Shown: positions 29,483 to 44,400 of the stretch, piece after piece
How positions within the stretch are numbered: position 1 is the stretch's first letter
Layout of the letters: the number at the start of each line of letters is the position of its first letter
Assembly: GCF_006345805.1 (NCBI RefSeq)
Contig: NC_043003.1
Location: 90,024,001 to 90,088,000 of the forward strand
Length of the DNA: 64,000 nt
DNA from: Octopus sinensis
Lineage: Eukaryota
Direction of reading: 5' to 3'
Program-made: the position numbers and the translations under genes
Notes under the pieces: generated by a model
Seen by the model: only the letters and a program-made list of their open reading frames with translations
Databases searched by the model: none
Told to the model about the DNA's origin: nothing

Positions 29483-32400
29483 AAAAAAAAACATTCAGGT
29501 TTTAATAAATTTGAACAACTTCATATCCAAATGCTTCCTTTTTCATCCCTTACTTATTAAAACTTTTTTCTGAAAATTGTTTATAGGATGATGTCAATTT
29601 AGCTGAATACAAGAATAATAATTGAAGTTGAAATGTCTGTATGAAAAAAGAGAAGGGTTAATTAAAAACAAACCAATATTAAAATTATAGTCAGAAACTG
29701 ATACACTTGTATCTTCTCTTTTACATTCTTTGTGTGTGTCTAATATGACTAATTTATTAAACAGAAAATTAATTTAGCATAACTAAATTAATTTTCTGTT
29801 TAATAAATCTTTCAAGACCACTGCTGCTGATGGCATTTGAAACTTTCAAAATAAAGTTATTTTAACAGATTAAAGTTCTCAGCTGTTAGCATTGTTGTCA
29901 TCATGTATCATACACCTGCAGTGCATTGATGACCCAATAAAAATCTCCAGCTGCTTTACCACTCTTGTCCAGCCAGTTCATGATATTGCCCAGCCATTGC
30001 ATTCTTTGCGTGCCTTCTTGATCTACTACCCTCCATTCTTCCTTTCATGATGTTTTCCAAACCTCTGCTTCTTCGAATATGGTCACAATAGATGAGCTTT
30101 TGTTTTTTCATAATATTCAGCAGTTGTCTTTCACTTTTATGATGTAACACTCATTCATTTGTTTGATACTTCTTGTACAAGACTTGTAGCATTCTTCTAT
30201 ACACTCGCATTTCAAATGCATTGATGATGATGATCATCATCATCGTTTAATGTCCGTTTTCCATGCTAGCATGGGTTGGACGGTTCCACCGGGGTCTGGG
30301 AAGCCAGGAGGCGGCACCAGGTTCCAGTCTGATCTGGCAGTGTTTCTACAGCTGGATACCCTTCCTAACGCCAACCACTCTGTGAGTGTAGTGGGTGCTT
30401 TTTACGTGCCACCAGCACGGAAGCCAGTCAAGGTGGCGCTGGCATCGGCCACGTTCGGATAGTGCTTTTTATGTGCCACCGGCACAGGCATCACAACTAC
30501 AATTTCCATTTGATTTTTGATGTTGATGTACTTGACTCAATAGGTCTCCTTAAGTACAGGGTCCCCTCAAGCACAGTGTGTGTATATATCATCATCATCA
30601 TCCTTTAATGTCCGCTTTCCATGCTAGCATGGGTTGGACGATTTGACTGAGGACTGGCGAACCAGATGACAGCGCCAGGCTCCAATCTGATCTGGCAGAG
30701 CTTCCACAGCTGGATGCCCTTCCTAACCCCAACCACTACGAGAGTGCTTTTACGTGCCACCTGCACGGGGGCCAGTCTGGCAGTACTCAAAATGTGTTTC
30801 TTTACTTGCCACTTGCACAAGAGTCAGTCCAGTGGCACTGGCAATGATCTCGCTCGAATGTTTTGTTCACGTGCCAGTAAGGCGACGCTGGTAACGATCA
30901 TGCTCAAATGGTGCTTTTTATGTGCTCACTGGCACGGAAGCCAGACAGTTGCTCTGGCAGTGATCCCACTCGGATGGAGCTGTTAGCGCTCCACTGGCAC
31001 GGGTGGCAGTCATCGAATTTGGTTCAATTTCGATTTCACTTGCCCCAACAGGTCTTTGCAAGCAGAGTTTAGTGTCCAATGAAGGGAGGTTGGCATGGGT
31101 GCCAGTCATTGAATTTGGTTCAATTTCAAATTCTATTTCGATTATGTTCTCTACTAATCTGCTCAGAGTCCATGCTCCACAACCAACCATAAATACCCAT
31201 TGGTTAAACAAGTTGCTCACACTAGCCTTGTTTTGGGGACACTTTTGCTGCTCCAGATGTTATTAACCTTTTCCGTGGATGTTTTGCTATGGCTAGCTAT
31301 GTCCTGAATTCTTGCTGTCAGCAGCTCTAGAAATAACAGCTAAATACCAAAATAATTTCAATATTGATTGCTTCATTAAGTGCAAACTTAGTGGAGTTAA
31401 AGGTGTAAAACATTTCTAATAAATTGCAAAAAAAATAATGTTGACAGCTCTATCACATTTGTAGGAGAGAAATAAAATATTTAATAAAATAAAGTATCAT
31501 ACTTGTGCATATTAAATAAAATAATGAATACAATTTAAACATTCATGAAACAGCCAAGTGTAAAAAGACTTACTCTGAGTTGGTATGAAGCGTGTAGACC
31601 TCCAATCTTTCTCCAGAAGTCAGTATCATTCATACCCTGTTTTAGCATCACTATTTCAGCTTTGTTTTTTCTTTCATTTTTATTGATTTTCTCAGCAATT
31701 AACCTGTTAATTTGAAAAAGAAAATTTTTAAAAAGGCCCAAATGTTCTAAAAAGATAACATTCGTTTTCAGCTCAGAGCTGAAACTTAAAAAAAAAAAAA
31801 ATTTCAATGTATCTTTCAAATGTTGCAAGAGAAAGAAAATTACATTCCAAAACCTGGTCAACATTTATTAGAAATGTAAATAAAATGCAGTTTCAATTAA
31901 AAATACTAATTTCTTTTCATTTGGGACTGAAATTATTTTAACAAGGTGAAGGCTCTACTTCACTAGTAGTTAGCACCACAAGTTATTGAAACAGAGAACT
32001 AGATATAGTAAATTTTCCTGTTCTTCATTTGAACTTCCTCAGCCATATCTACAGTCATCAACAACATCATACTTATAGATTCAAGATTTTAGCTTTTAAG
32101 GTGAGATAGGCAAATTCTTTAATAAATGTATTCTTTTTTTTAACAGTAAGCAAAAATTTAATTGCTTCCAAAATTACTTTATGCATAATAATGAAATAAG
32201 TTTACCTGGTCTTTGTTTTGGTTACACCTTTTGCTTTGTGGCCCTCCCAAATATAAATAGTGAGACCAGTATCAAACAAGAATACAAAGCGAGGATCTAA
32301 TGCAGTAGCATTCATATCACACTGTAGTAAAGAAAGAACAAAAAATATGAAAGAATAGAGAAACCAGATCAAATAGAGAACATAGAATACAACATGAGAA

Positions 32401-35400
32401 ACTTTGAGAACTTTGAGAAACACTATCTTACTATCAAAACCTTGTACTAAATACCTTGCTCAAAGCTCTCCCTTTCCATATTTTCTCTACAAGTACCAAC
32501 CTGAAAATCTGATGTAGGGACATCAACAATTTGGGAGAAAATTCTCTCTCTTTTTTGGATGAATTAAGTGAAAAAAAAAAATTAAGACTTATAATTAGAG
32601 AAACTGAACACTTAGCGTCTGTCTTTCATGCTGAGATGAGTCAGATTGTTTGACAGGAACTGACATGTCTGAGGACTGTGCTGTGTGCCAATGTCTGTTT
32701 TGGCATGGCTTCTATGGCTGAAAGCTTTTCCTAAAGCCAACCATTTTACAATGTGTACTGGATGGGGTTTTTTTTTTCATGCCACCAGCATTAGTGAGGT
32801 TGCCATGTAGTTTGCAAGATTTTGTTCATTTTCAATTTTCTAATAAAAACATGTCCAGCTATGAGAAAATATTACTTTGAAATCATATAGAAGGACATGT
32901 GATTGTAGAAAATTTGCCTCAACAAAATCCATTAGACCCATGCAAGCACGGAAGAGTGGACATTAAAATAACGAGGATGAAATACAGAAAAACTGAACAC
33001 TTTAACACATTTCATCTGATTTATCTCAATTTACACAATCTAATAATAGTATCAATAATTTCCCAGATTAATGTACATTATAAAAAAAAAAATTCAATTC
33101 ACTTACTCTTTCCAAATGTAATTTTAAAGTTCCTGATGTACGATACAGTTTTTTATCGAATCCCTGAAATAAATACAATTTTGTTACCAAAGATGGCTTT
33201 TTTAAAGAAATATAGACATAAATTCTTATAACTTCAGTCAGAGCTAAATGTAAATTTGTTATATTGACTATTACAATTGACTTGTATTCAACAAATTTTT
33301 CTTGTTACAATATTAAATATTTTTATTTGACATTTTTACACGTCTTCCAGTGTTTCTATAAATGATGACATTTTGCAAGAATACTGTTATGATGTGCATG
33401 TACACATTGGGGGTAAGAATAGTACTACCCACTAAATATTTGGATATGGTTATCTAGAATAACTTATCGCAGAATTTTTGTTCACACAGAATGCACTTCA
33501 TACTGCTCCAACATAGTTACGATATTAAACTAACACAGTAACCAATACAGACGACCAACGCTGTCAACTTCCACTGACAGTTCATGCAATTCTTTATCTA
33601 TTCAAATCCATTTAGTAAACTTTCAGTCATGTGGGGGTGTACAGGGTTCTCCCATAACAAATACTTAAGATGTTATCTTTAGAGCCAACTATCTTTTCTA
33701 CACACTGGAAGTATGTTCTTTCCTGTCATGCTGTGAAAAATAATGGTTTTCATTTTTGGCACAATGCCAGCAATTTTGAGGAGACGGTACAAGTCAATTC
33801 CACTGGCCAAGTACTTGATTGGTACATTATTTTATTGTCACTGGAGGGATGAAAAACAAAGTTGAACTCAGAACATAAGGAGCTAAAAGAATATAAAATA
33901 ACCTGGTTACACTGAAAGCAGAGTAATTGGCCTTACTTTGAGGCAATCATAATGATGTGTCTTGCTTCCAGGTAACTTGACAATACACCTTGCCTCAGAG
34001 GCATGGAAGATACAAGACATAAAATCAAATGCGGTTTTGACAAGTAAGGTAAAATGTGCCTTGCCTAGGGACAAGAAGAACAACATGACTTCTTATAATA
34101 GTAAATTTTGTGCTTTCAGAGTAAAGTGACCTACATAATATAAAGTTAAGGGAAAATGTGTTTATACTGAAAAATATAGAACGTATCTTAGAGACATACA
34201 TAATTAACTGTGTCTTAAATATTTTTGTTCTAACAAGTTAAATGTGTCTGCCTGAAGTATTTTTAGTTTATCTAGAGAAAGGAGATAAATAAATCACATT
34301 ACATTTATTTACTTAGATGAATGTATCTACCAATGTTCCCTTTAATTAAAAATTCTTTTTTTGCTGTAGGTGTTCACAGAAATTTACTTGTGTGCAAATT
34401 TTATCTTTCTTTGCAAACCATGTGCACATCTGTACAAGTAACCATCTTCAGTTAAAAACGAAATTTAATTTTATCTAGAAAAATCTTGTAGGCACAGTGG
34501 TTTTTTTTTTTTCCTTTGTGTGCTGGTTGTAATGCATGTGTGCCCCATTCCACTTAGTTGTAAATGGGTAACCCTGTGATGGACTAGTGTTCCATTTAGG
34601 AAGAATGATGGCCAGTCCACATAGCCTCTAGAGTGTCATCATGCAAAAGCTAAAACAATGCAAGGAAGTGCATTGTGACCAGTGACATTTCACAACATCT
34701 GGTAGCTTGGTCGATTCGGTTTTATATATATATAAAATTGTACGTAATAAATATATTGTAAATAAGCTTCACTGTACTTTTAAAAGATTTATAAAATCAT
34801 ACTCACAATATCTTCAACTGTATAAAAACCACTAGCTGTCCTCCCCCCATCAATGTACGAAATACCATTCTCAAATAAATCTAAGAAGTCATCATCTTCA
34901 TCATTCATCTCTTCACGAATGGTTCTTGTTTCGGCTCCAAGCAAATTTCGAAGGTTCACAGCATGTATGGCAGCACAAGCTTTTTTGTCAAGCTAAATTT
35001 AATGAAGAAAAAGTGGGGAGAAAACATCAATAAAAAGCAAAGATTTACTTTAAAATTAGATCATAACAGCAAATATACTTAATGATGAAATATTTAATAT
35101 ATACATTCATTGAATTTTCACTTGAATTTAAATGAAGTTAATTTGTTTCAAGTGGTTTTTCATTTAATGAAATTGATGAGAGTTGAAATTTTTTGAAAAA
35201 TATCTAAGCCATATATACTTTGATATGATATACTTACTGGAGCTTTATCACCAATCCAATAATATATTTGCCAGCTTAATGTTCTATTTTCTTCAAAGAA
35301 TGTCCATAATATAATATAACAGTCAGCTTCATAAAATTTACCAATTAGACCTATGCAAATAAAAAGTATGATTCACTTGGTAATTGCCACATGATGAAAT

Positions 35401-38400
35401 AATAAAAAACATTTAATTAGGAAATTTTGTTTGTTATGTAATGCAGAAAAAAAAGAATCTATAAACAATTTCGCTAGCAACCATCACTATGTTGTCATAA
35501 ATAAAGCCAGGCATAGCTGTGTGGTTAAGAAACTTGCTCCCCAACCATGAGGTTTTGGGGTCCAGTCCTATTGCATAGCAGCTTGGGTGACAGTCTTCTA
35601 ATATAGCACCAGAGCTTGTGAGTGGATTTGGAAGACAGAAACTGAAAGAAACCTCTCTGTGTGTGTCTGTGTGCTTACCTTTATTTTGACATCACAGGAT
35701 GATTGTAAACAAGTGTCAATATCATACAAGTATTGTTGATTTTTTTTTTTTTTGTGGAAAACATTTCTGGCAAACAAGTGAAGATTAGTAACAGGAAGGA
35801 TCATTCAGCAAGAGAAAATCTGTTTCAACAGATTCCACCTAACCCATGCAAACATGGAAAAGTGGGCATTAAAAAGAAGTCATCTACCTTAATTACATGA
35901 TAAAACCTAGCTGCACAATCATTTTTATTTCAACTTCAGTAGAAACATTACCAAATCAGGTGAGAGATATTTTTCTAGAGATGGGATAATCTGTCACATA
36001 ACCAAAGAGCTACCAGTAAAGGGTTACCAGTAAATATAAGCCTCAGCCAAAACCTCAAAGCTGGAAAAACTACTGTTAGTATTGCCACATTTGAGGTTGT
36101 GGCACTGTCACATTCGAGGTCATAGCACTGCTACAGTAGTGGTCATGGCACTGTTACAGTAGAAGTCGTGGCAGTACTACAGTAGAGGCCGTAGCACTGC
36201 TACATTAGAGGCCACAGCACTGCTACAGTAGAGGTTGTAGTACTGCTACAGTAGAGGCCGTAGCACTGCTACAGTAGAGGCCATAGCACTGCTACAGTAG
36301 AGGTCGTAGCACCGCCACATCAGAGGTCGTAGCACTGCTACATTAGAAGCCATGGTACTGCTACATAAGAGGTTGTAGCACTGCCACAGTAGATGTTGTA
36401 GCACTACCACAGTAGGGGTCATAGCACAGCTACAGTAGAGGTCGAAGCACTGATACAGTAGAGGTTGAAGCACTGCTAAAGTAGAGGTCGTAGCACTGCT
36501 ACAGTTACAGTGAAGGTCATAGCACTGCTACAGTAAAGGTCATGGCAGTGCTACATTAGAAGTCATGTCACTGCTACATTAGATATGTGAAGAGCTGCAG
36601 TGCTGTAATTCATACTTTTAACATACTACTTTGACAAACAATAGCCACAAAACTGATGATAATGAAGAAAATATAGTAAAATCAGCAACTCTCTAAAACA
36701 TTTTACAGCTTCAAAGAACTGATTAGATTTTAGCAAATACATCTCTATTTTCTAGCAAGAGAATATTTTCAAATCTCTCAAATGTGTTCAGATGAAATCT
36801 ATCTACACTGAAATATTCTAATATTTTAAAAATAAATTCAGTTACAAGAAAATAAAAATAAGAATAGATTGGCTTTTTGAAAGGAATTTATTAATTTCTG
36901 ATGCTTGAATTTGGTAGAAATATTCTTAACAGATCACCAAAATTGCTAAACCTCCATAAAAAAAAATGTTCCAAATATCTTTTTTCTTTCTTTATACAAA
37001 GAGTTTGGGCAAGGGTCTTCTACCATATCCTTCGGCTGGTCAAAGCTTTGTGAGTGGATATGAAAGACGGAAACTGAAGGAAGCCTGTCGTGTGTATATA
37101 TGTGTGTGCATGCACACACCCACTCAGTAGAGAGGTCTTATTTTGTGAGTTACTTGGTGATCTCACTAGTGCCAATGCCACAAAAGATTACACCAAATAC
37201 ATGTATAAAATCATTAGCATCACTAAGGGCACCACCCTTAGAAATCTTGCCAAAGCAGACATTGGAAACCAACACAACCGTCAGATTAGTCGAATCTAGT
37301 TGAACAATGTAACTCATGCCAGCATAGAAGACAGATGTTAAATGATGATGAATGTAAAATATTACTCACTATCTTCAACTTGGTTGGGGAGGAAATTCTC
37401 CATTTCCCAACAGGTTAAGCCTGAAAAACAAAAGGAAAGAATATCTCTCTAAACCTTTCTTTTCTCAAAGAATACTCTTGAAATTTTCAAAACATTAATA
37501 AAGATAAGTTTAACATATTAAATTAATGCATAACATCTTCATTAACGCTGCCACTGAATTTAGGACATTTATATTATTTATTATATGTAAATGGCATATT
37601 TAAACAAATTTATCCTAGTGATAATTTTATCAAAGCAAATTAACCTTAACTTTAAAATTTGGTTTTGTTTAGTGAAAAGATGAAACTGTTTTTTTTTCCT
37701 TCTTTTTAAAAAAGTTTAGGAATATCACATCTGAAGAAACTGCTATTCTTAGTTCATTACTCAGGTTTTTATTAGTAAGTCTGGTATGAAGACAATTTTT
37801 TGCATAATTCAATTTGGAAAAAACTGCTCACATAGATAAGTTGTCAAAAATTGAGATGTGAATTTCAAGGCATTTTTATGTAAAGCAGGGAATTTCTCAG
37901 GATTGATGGGTTTGTAGAATTCCAATAAAGACAGATTATAATATTTTAATTTTATTAAGTTATCCAACTGCAAATCAATTAATTCTGATTGGAAGGAATC
38001 CGGAGCCTCCTCAGGACACACATTAAATGGTGTTTCAAAAACATGTAGTCCGATTTTATCCTGTATTTCTTCAAATCTGCTTTCAAATTTCTTCAAAAGA
38101 CTTCCACACTCATTACAATATTCCTTTGTTGATTTGGGATTTTGTTCACTCAATTTCAGAAAATGTGTGAAACACTTTCTTTTCCAATGTACGACAAATA
38201 AAGCATCAACTCAAAGCTTTTGATACGAGAAAGCAAACTGGTTATTTGCTGATTGGAGCCTTGTAGTTTCAAGTTCAAATTATTTAATTGACTAGTTATA
38301 TCTACTAAAAATGTTAAATCACTTTGAAACTTTTTATCTTCCAATTCTATAATAGGAACACTTCTTCCTTCAGTTTATAGAATTGCTTAAGGATTTAGAC

Positions 38401-41400
38401 CTTACTTAACCACTTAGTTTCACAATGGTACAATAAATCCCCATATTCAGTTTCAAGATCTTTCGAAAATTCTTTAAATTCCCTATTATTCAACCGTTTG
38501 CTTTTTATCAAATTAACGGCCTTAGTTACAACTTTCATTACATTGCCCATCTTGAGATTTTGCACATATGAATAAAGCAGCGACACAAAGTTTCCAGATC
38601 CAGAAGACACTTCTTAAATTCATTCTTAATCAGAGCTATGAACTCTTTCTCATGACCTACCATAGATGGAGCGCCATCTGTAGCAAGACCACTCATTTTT
38701 TTATATGGTAAATCAAAATCTTTTAAGGCTGAGTTGACCATTTGGAATAAATCTTCACCTCTAGTTGTTCCATGCATTGATTTCAAGGCAAGAAATTCTT
38801 CCCAAATGTTGAATTTTGCAATTATTGCATGTATAAATATTGCCATTTGAGCAGTATTAGACAGATCAGTTGTCTCATCAATAGCTAATGAACACAATGC
38901 GAATTCTGCTGAATCAGATTTTAGAGAATTTTGAATGTCCTCAGCAACAGCTTTAATACAATCAGAAACAGTTTTTCTTGATAAGCTACTATTTCCAAAC
39001 AAACTAGGTTTTTCTGGGAATATATTCTCAACAGCAGTAAGGATTCTTTCATAGATTCACCATCGTTATGTGGTCAGAGTTTTTTTCGCATACCACATAA
39101 CTAGCATGAGTAAGTGATTCACTTTCAAGAATAAGCCTTTTTAAAAAAGTGTTTTTTGGTCAGATATTCTTTCAAGGAGGCTATCTTGCCTAAACGTTCA
39201 GATTCTTTCAAATTTTCATAGGTTTTATGCTGACTCACAAAATCTTTCAATATTATGTTTTTTTCTGAACAGCTGCTTGTTTTTGCAAACAAGACAAATG
39301 CACTTGTTACCTATTTCAATAAAAAAATAAAGCACATTTCATTTTTCATCAAACAAAGCACGTTCACCAGCACTTCTTTTTATAGGATTTTTATAACCTC
39401 TTGCCATATTGATAAGGGTATTGAAAAATTGATTTAACAAAGTTATAAACCAATTAAATTTATTTAATCACTTTCAGAACTTTTGTTTTTACCACTGCCT
39501 GGGAAAAACAAAAGCCAACTGGCTCGTAGTCGTAATGCATGCTTTTAGAGTTGTAAAAATAGTAAAAAATAAAAATCTGCAAAAAATAAAGATATTGTTT
39601 GGTCCTTTTCTCTCTCCCTTATCCACACAGGTGTTGACAAGCGAGTGGATAGGGAAGGGCAATAACTGATATGCCGATGGCAGATGAAAGTAACTCCTGT
39701 TGACCTTCTTGACACTAATCGATAGCAAAAATGTAACACCCCTTTTTGAAAGAAGTTATTTTACACTGCTTTTTGATAAAAAAAAAATTCTTAATATTTT
39801 TTTATAATCCTATTTGCAAAGCACCAAATTAGTAGTTTCTGTTTCAATGAAGCTTTACCATTTTGTTTTTGATTTTTAATAGATTTTAAAATATTTTTTG
39901 CTTATCGACTGACAGAAAGAGAGTGAGTGTTGATTTCAGAGATGTTTTTGTAAAACGTGAAAAATGAAATAGGGAGAGTTATATACTTGGAGGTTCTTGG
40001 ATATAATTTTAACATAGTATCTTCTATCATCCTTCAGCTATTGTTTCATATAAAAATTATTTTGGTACATGCAATATATATTTAGTTTTCTTAGCTAAAG
40101 TGTAGTTGGGTCTCAAGGGGGTGATACAAACCTAGCAATATGTATTTTATAGTGAAAACAAAATTTCCTTTCAAATGGCAATTACCAGACAATTTCTGTT
40201 CGAGTTCGACCATTTTAAGTCATAGTGGAAACCCGACCTATGTCACAAATAGGTATACGAGTATTGTATAAATTTTATAATTGAAAAATTTACATACAAG
40301 TATATCAGCCTATGGATGCAATAAAATGGGCTCATGTGTACAATTGCACCCATGGGCAGAGTTTTCCCCACCCCTGCAGTATATGAATAGAAATTACTTT
40401 TGTGTAATATTTTCTTGGCATTTAGCAGAGTCAAAGTTGTTATTGTTGGTGGGGTTGAAAATTTGAATTTCTACTTCATTTACTGTCACCAGTGACATAT
40501 TGGCAAATACACATAAATCTTAATAACTCTCCCAGTTTACTAAGTTGCAAGTAGGTAGGACAGAGAGGGTATTACAGCTTATTGAGAAAAACAGCAGAGG
40601 CAGGTTAACCTGCGGTTTGAAAAAGCCACAAAACACAAGTATTCAACCTTTTTAATACCAATGCGCCTGATACAGCCCCCTGGTTCAATGATACAAACCT
40701 GTTTCAATGTGATCTAAAATAAAACCTTCAAACAAGACTGCATGTTTTTCTTTTTATTCTCCAAATACCAAGTTAATAAGGATAAAGTTATTTTATTAAA
40801 TTCTTCTTTATTTTAAAAATTAATTGAAACAAAGGCAGTGTATTTCAACTGAAATATGGTAATAAAAGAATTAAGGGAGAGATGTCTTAACAGCTTAACA
40901 CTCTGAGAACTAGGATAAACATACTATGATACCTGATAACAGCAATGAGTAAAAAAGGAATAAGAACCAAGATGTAATTTTAATACTTAAATTATCCTTT
41001 ACAAAATACATATGAAATTTTTTTAAAACAAAAGTTTTAAAGTGAAGAAACAGCACAACAGAAATCAATTTAAAGAGCAAAATAAAAGTTCCATACCAGG
41101 AATCTGTCCAATGTCATCATCAAAGATTTGACTATAGTCAAGTTGATGTTTCTCTAGAGTATCTTCAAAACGTTTTGGTCTAGAATTAATGGAAAAGGAA
41201 AACACAAAAACAGGTTTTATTTTTTTTTCTTCCAAGAGATGATTATATCTATAATTTGTAAAAATAATTTTTAAAAATATAAAAAATATACCAAAGGTTT
41301 TGAACTCCTTTTAGCACATTTTATTCTAGTAATATACATTGGAATGTCAATACAATCCTTATTTTTGTCATGGCTGTCATTTTTTATAGTAAAAAGAAAC

Positions 41401-44400
41401 AGTGGTTAATCTTTCTGACACTAACTTGCCTGAAACTACCCCTACTTTTATGGTATAAACCTGCTGCTTTACAATGGCCCAAATTTAATCCTTCCACTAT
41501 AATTTCATGTTATTTTATATTCCAACACTAAATAATGTCAAAATTATTTATTTTTCTAAGTTCTTCGTTATTTTCAAATTCAAACAAAAGCAGTGTATTT
41601 CAACAGAAATATGGTAACAAAAAGGTGAAAAAGTTATTGCTCACTTGAGTAATTCTGGTTCTTCTTCAACAATAGCCTTCCCAGCAGCTTTATCTTTTGC
41701 CACATCCCTCATTCCCTGAAAACATAATGAAATGGTTATATCTAATGAAATTTTCTGCAAATCAGACAATCTGGTATAAAGCCAAATGACAGAATTATTT
41801 TTTATTATTTGTAACTATGAAAAAACAACAAAATTTAAACAGAAAATTATTCAGACCTTTAACACTTTTTCACTTTCATCCTGTCCATCCCGCCGTCGCC
41901 TCAATCTCAGCTTTCGAGCAATTGAATCCTTGGGTGCTAAAAGAAAGGTGATATTTTCAAATTAAGAAATAACTAATTAGCAATAACATACAATAAATAA
42001 ATACAAATAGATAAGCCTTAAAAAAAGAAACAAAAAGCAAAATCTGTTATTTAAACCATTCGGTACTATATTTCTCTTGGAATATACTGCCTTTGTTTTC
42101 ACTTAATTTTGAAAATAAAGAATTTAGTAAAATAACTGTCATGAAGCTGGTGTTTGGAGCATAAATTGACATGAAGATTTGATGGAAGTGTTTAATTAAG
42201 CTCACTTTAAAATAAGGACTTTATATAACAGAACTAAATGCAGTCTCAGGCAAGTTGGTGTCAAAAGGGTTAAATCCTGATATAGCCAAAATTTTGTAAT
42301 AGACAGGTCTTCTATTATCCAGACTAATAAGTAAACAAATTTTATGCTCATAAAAACTGACTGAAGGAGGCATTAAATCAGTTCTTAGATGAGCACTTAT
42401 GACCTCATTTCATTTATGTTTTTAAGTATGTTTTCCCCAAGTTGGTATGGTTTGGACAATACTTATTGAAGGAAGTATATTATGGTTTTATGTCCTTCCT
42501 GTTGCCAATTCTTAGCTGTATTTCAATTTAGGTATTTTTATTCTACTGCAATTTAACTTGGTGCTCAACTACTTCAATCATTTTCCCTACTTGTGTGTTT
42601 GAATTCACACACACACAGACAGAGTAGAATGATAACTATCAGATGATGGTAACTTTAGAAATATACTTTTGCATCATGGGTAATATCAGAAAATATTGGC
42701 ATACATACAATAATTATGATTTAACTCTTATCAAATTTCCTGGTGCTTATACAAAATGATGAAATGAACACTAATTTTTGAAAGTAAAATATTACCTTAC
42801 AATAAAATTAAATAAAATTAATTTCTCATTTATTTAACTCCTCTTATAATTACTGTTATATACTCCCTCTCCCTATGATTCTGTCTCTCACACTTCAATG
42901 CTTGTCACCAAACCTACTATGTGCTCTCATCCTGCACCTCTTATGTTAACTCTCTCTCTATCACATTTATTTTCTCTATGCAATCTAAAGAGTGACTGGA
43001 GAAAGCAAGAGATTGATCCAACTCCACCCAACCATCTGACCTTCAGATACTGTAACAAATGAGCTTGATAGAAGAATCTTAGAAGAACATGGAAATATAT
43101 TAAAATACAATTGAAAGTCTGAGATATGTGGACAAAAAAATAATTATAAAAATAGGTAAATATCACCTACCTGGTGTTTGTTCTGTCTGAGGGGGAGCTG
43201 CAGCACCTGCTAAACGTAACTGATTTGCTAATGAAAAGTCAATGTTGTAAAATTCTTTGCGCATCCGGATTTCTTCTGGTTTAGGAGGCATTATCAAATC
43301 TGGATTATCCCGTACATCCAGTGTCTAAGCCATAAGAAAGAATTGAAATATAAGTATACATGTGTGACAGAGTGCTAGTGCAATGAGAGAAAGGTTAAGT
43401 ATAAGAAGAATTAGATGCAGTGTGCAAGAGAGAAGACTGCTAGTTTGGTCATGTGATGCCAATGAATGTAGACAGTTGCACAAAGTGTCAATCACTTAAA
43501 GTGGATGGAACTCATGGAAGAGGGAGACCCAGGAAGACATGGAATAAAGTACTGAAGGCTGATCTCAGGACACTGAGCCTTACAAAGGAAATGACAAAGG
43601 ACCAAGATATCTGGTGCCAGCGCCATGTAACTTGTGCCAGGCCACATAGAAAGCACGTGTTCCAGTGCCAAATGAATAGCATCTGCGTTGGTGTCATGTG
43701 AAAAGCACCTATGCTAGTGCTGTGTAAAAAGCACCCAACACACTCTAAAAAGTGGTTGGTGTTGAGAAATATGTCCAGTAAGTTCACTGCAGGATAAATT
43801 CAATAAAATAGTTTTTAACTATTAATGGTGAAATACTATGGATATATTTTCATAGTGAACTTTCCTCATGATGAACTTTCTTCACAGTAAATTGATGGTG
43901 GTGAACTTTGCCTACAGTAAATTGATGGCAGTGAACTTAACTGTAATCATTAGGAAGTGCATCCAACCCTAGAAACCAAGCTAAATCACTTCAGCTTGTC
44001 AGCTCTGGTCAAACTGTCCACCCCATATGGATGTTAAATGATGATGACACCACACAAATACACACACATTATCAATATCCTAATCATCATTTAATATCTG
44101 TATTCATGTTGGAATGGGTTGGAAGGCTCAACAGGACATAATAGATCAAAGGGAGACTGCTTTGTGTTCCATTGTCTACTTTGTCATGGCTTCTATGGCT
44201 AGATGTCCTTCTTAACACCAACCAGTTTACAGCATGTTGTGGATGCTTTTTTGCAAGGCCAGACACTAGAAAGATCACATGAACTCCTAGACAGGTTGTG
44301 TTATGCTAGATGATGAGGGGTTAAAGAAAGGGTTAGAGTAAAAAAGATTTCTTGCTGTAGAGGGGCTATATGTTGATTCACATTTTAGAAGAGAGGGCAG

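Noticed and set aside
36078-36582. CRISPR-like array
   Set aside because: No unique spacers, eukaryotic intron, no cas genes; a plain minisatellite.
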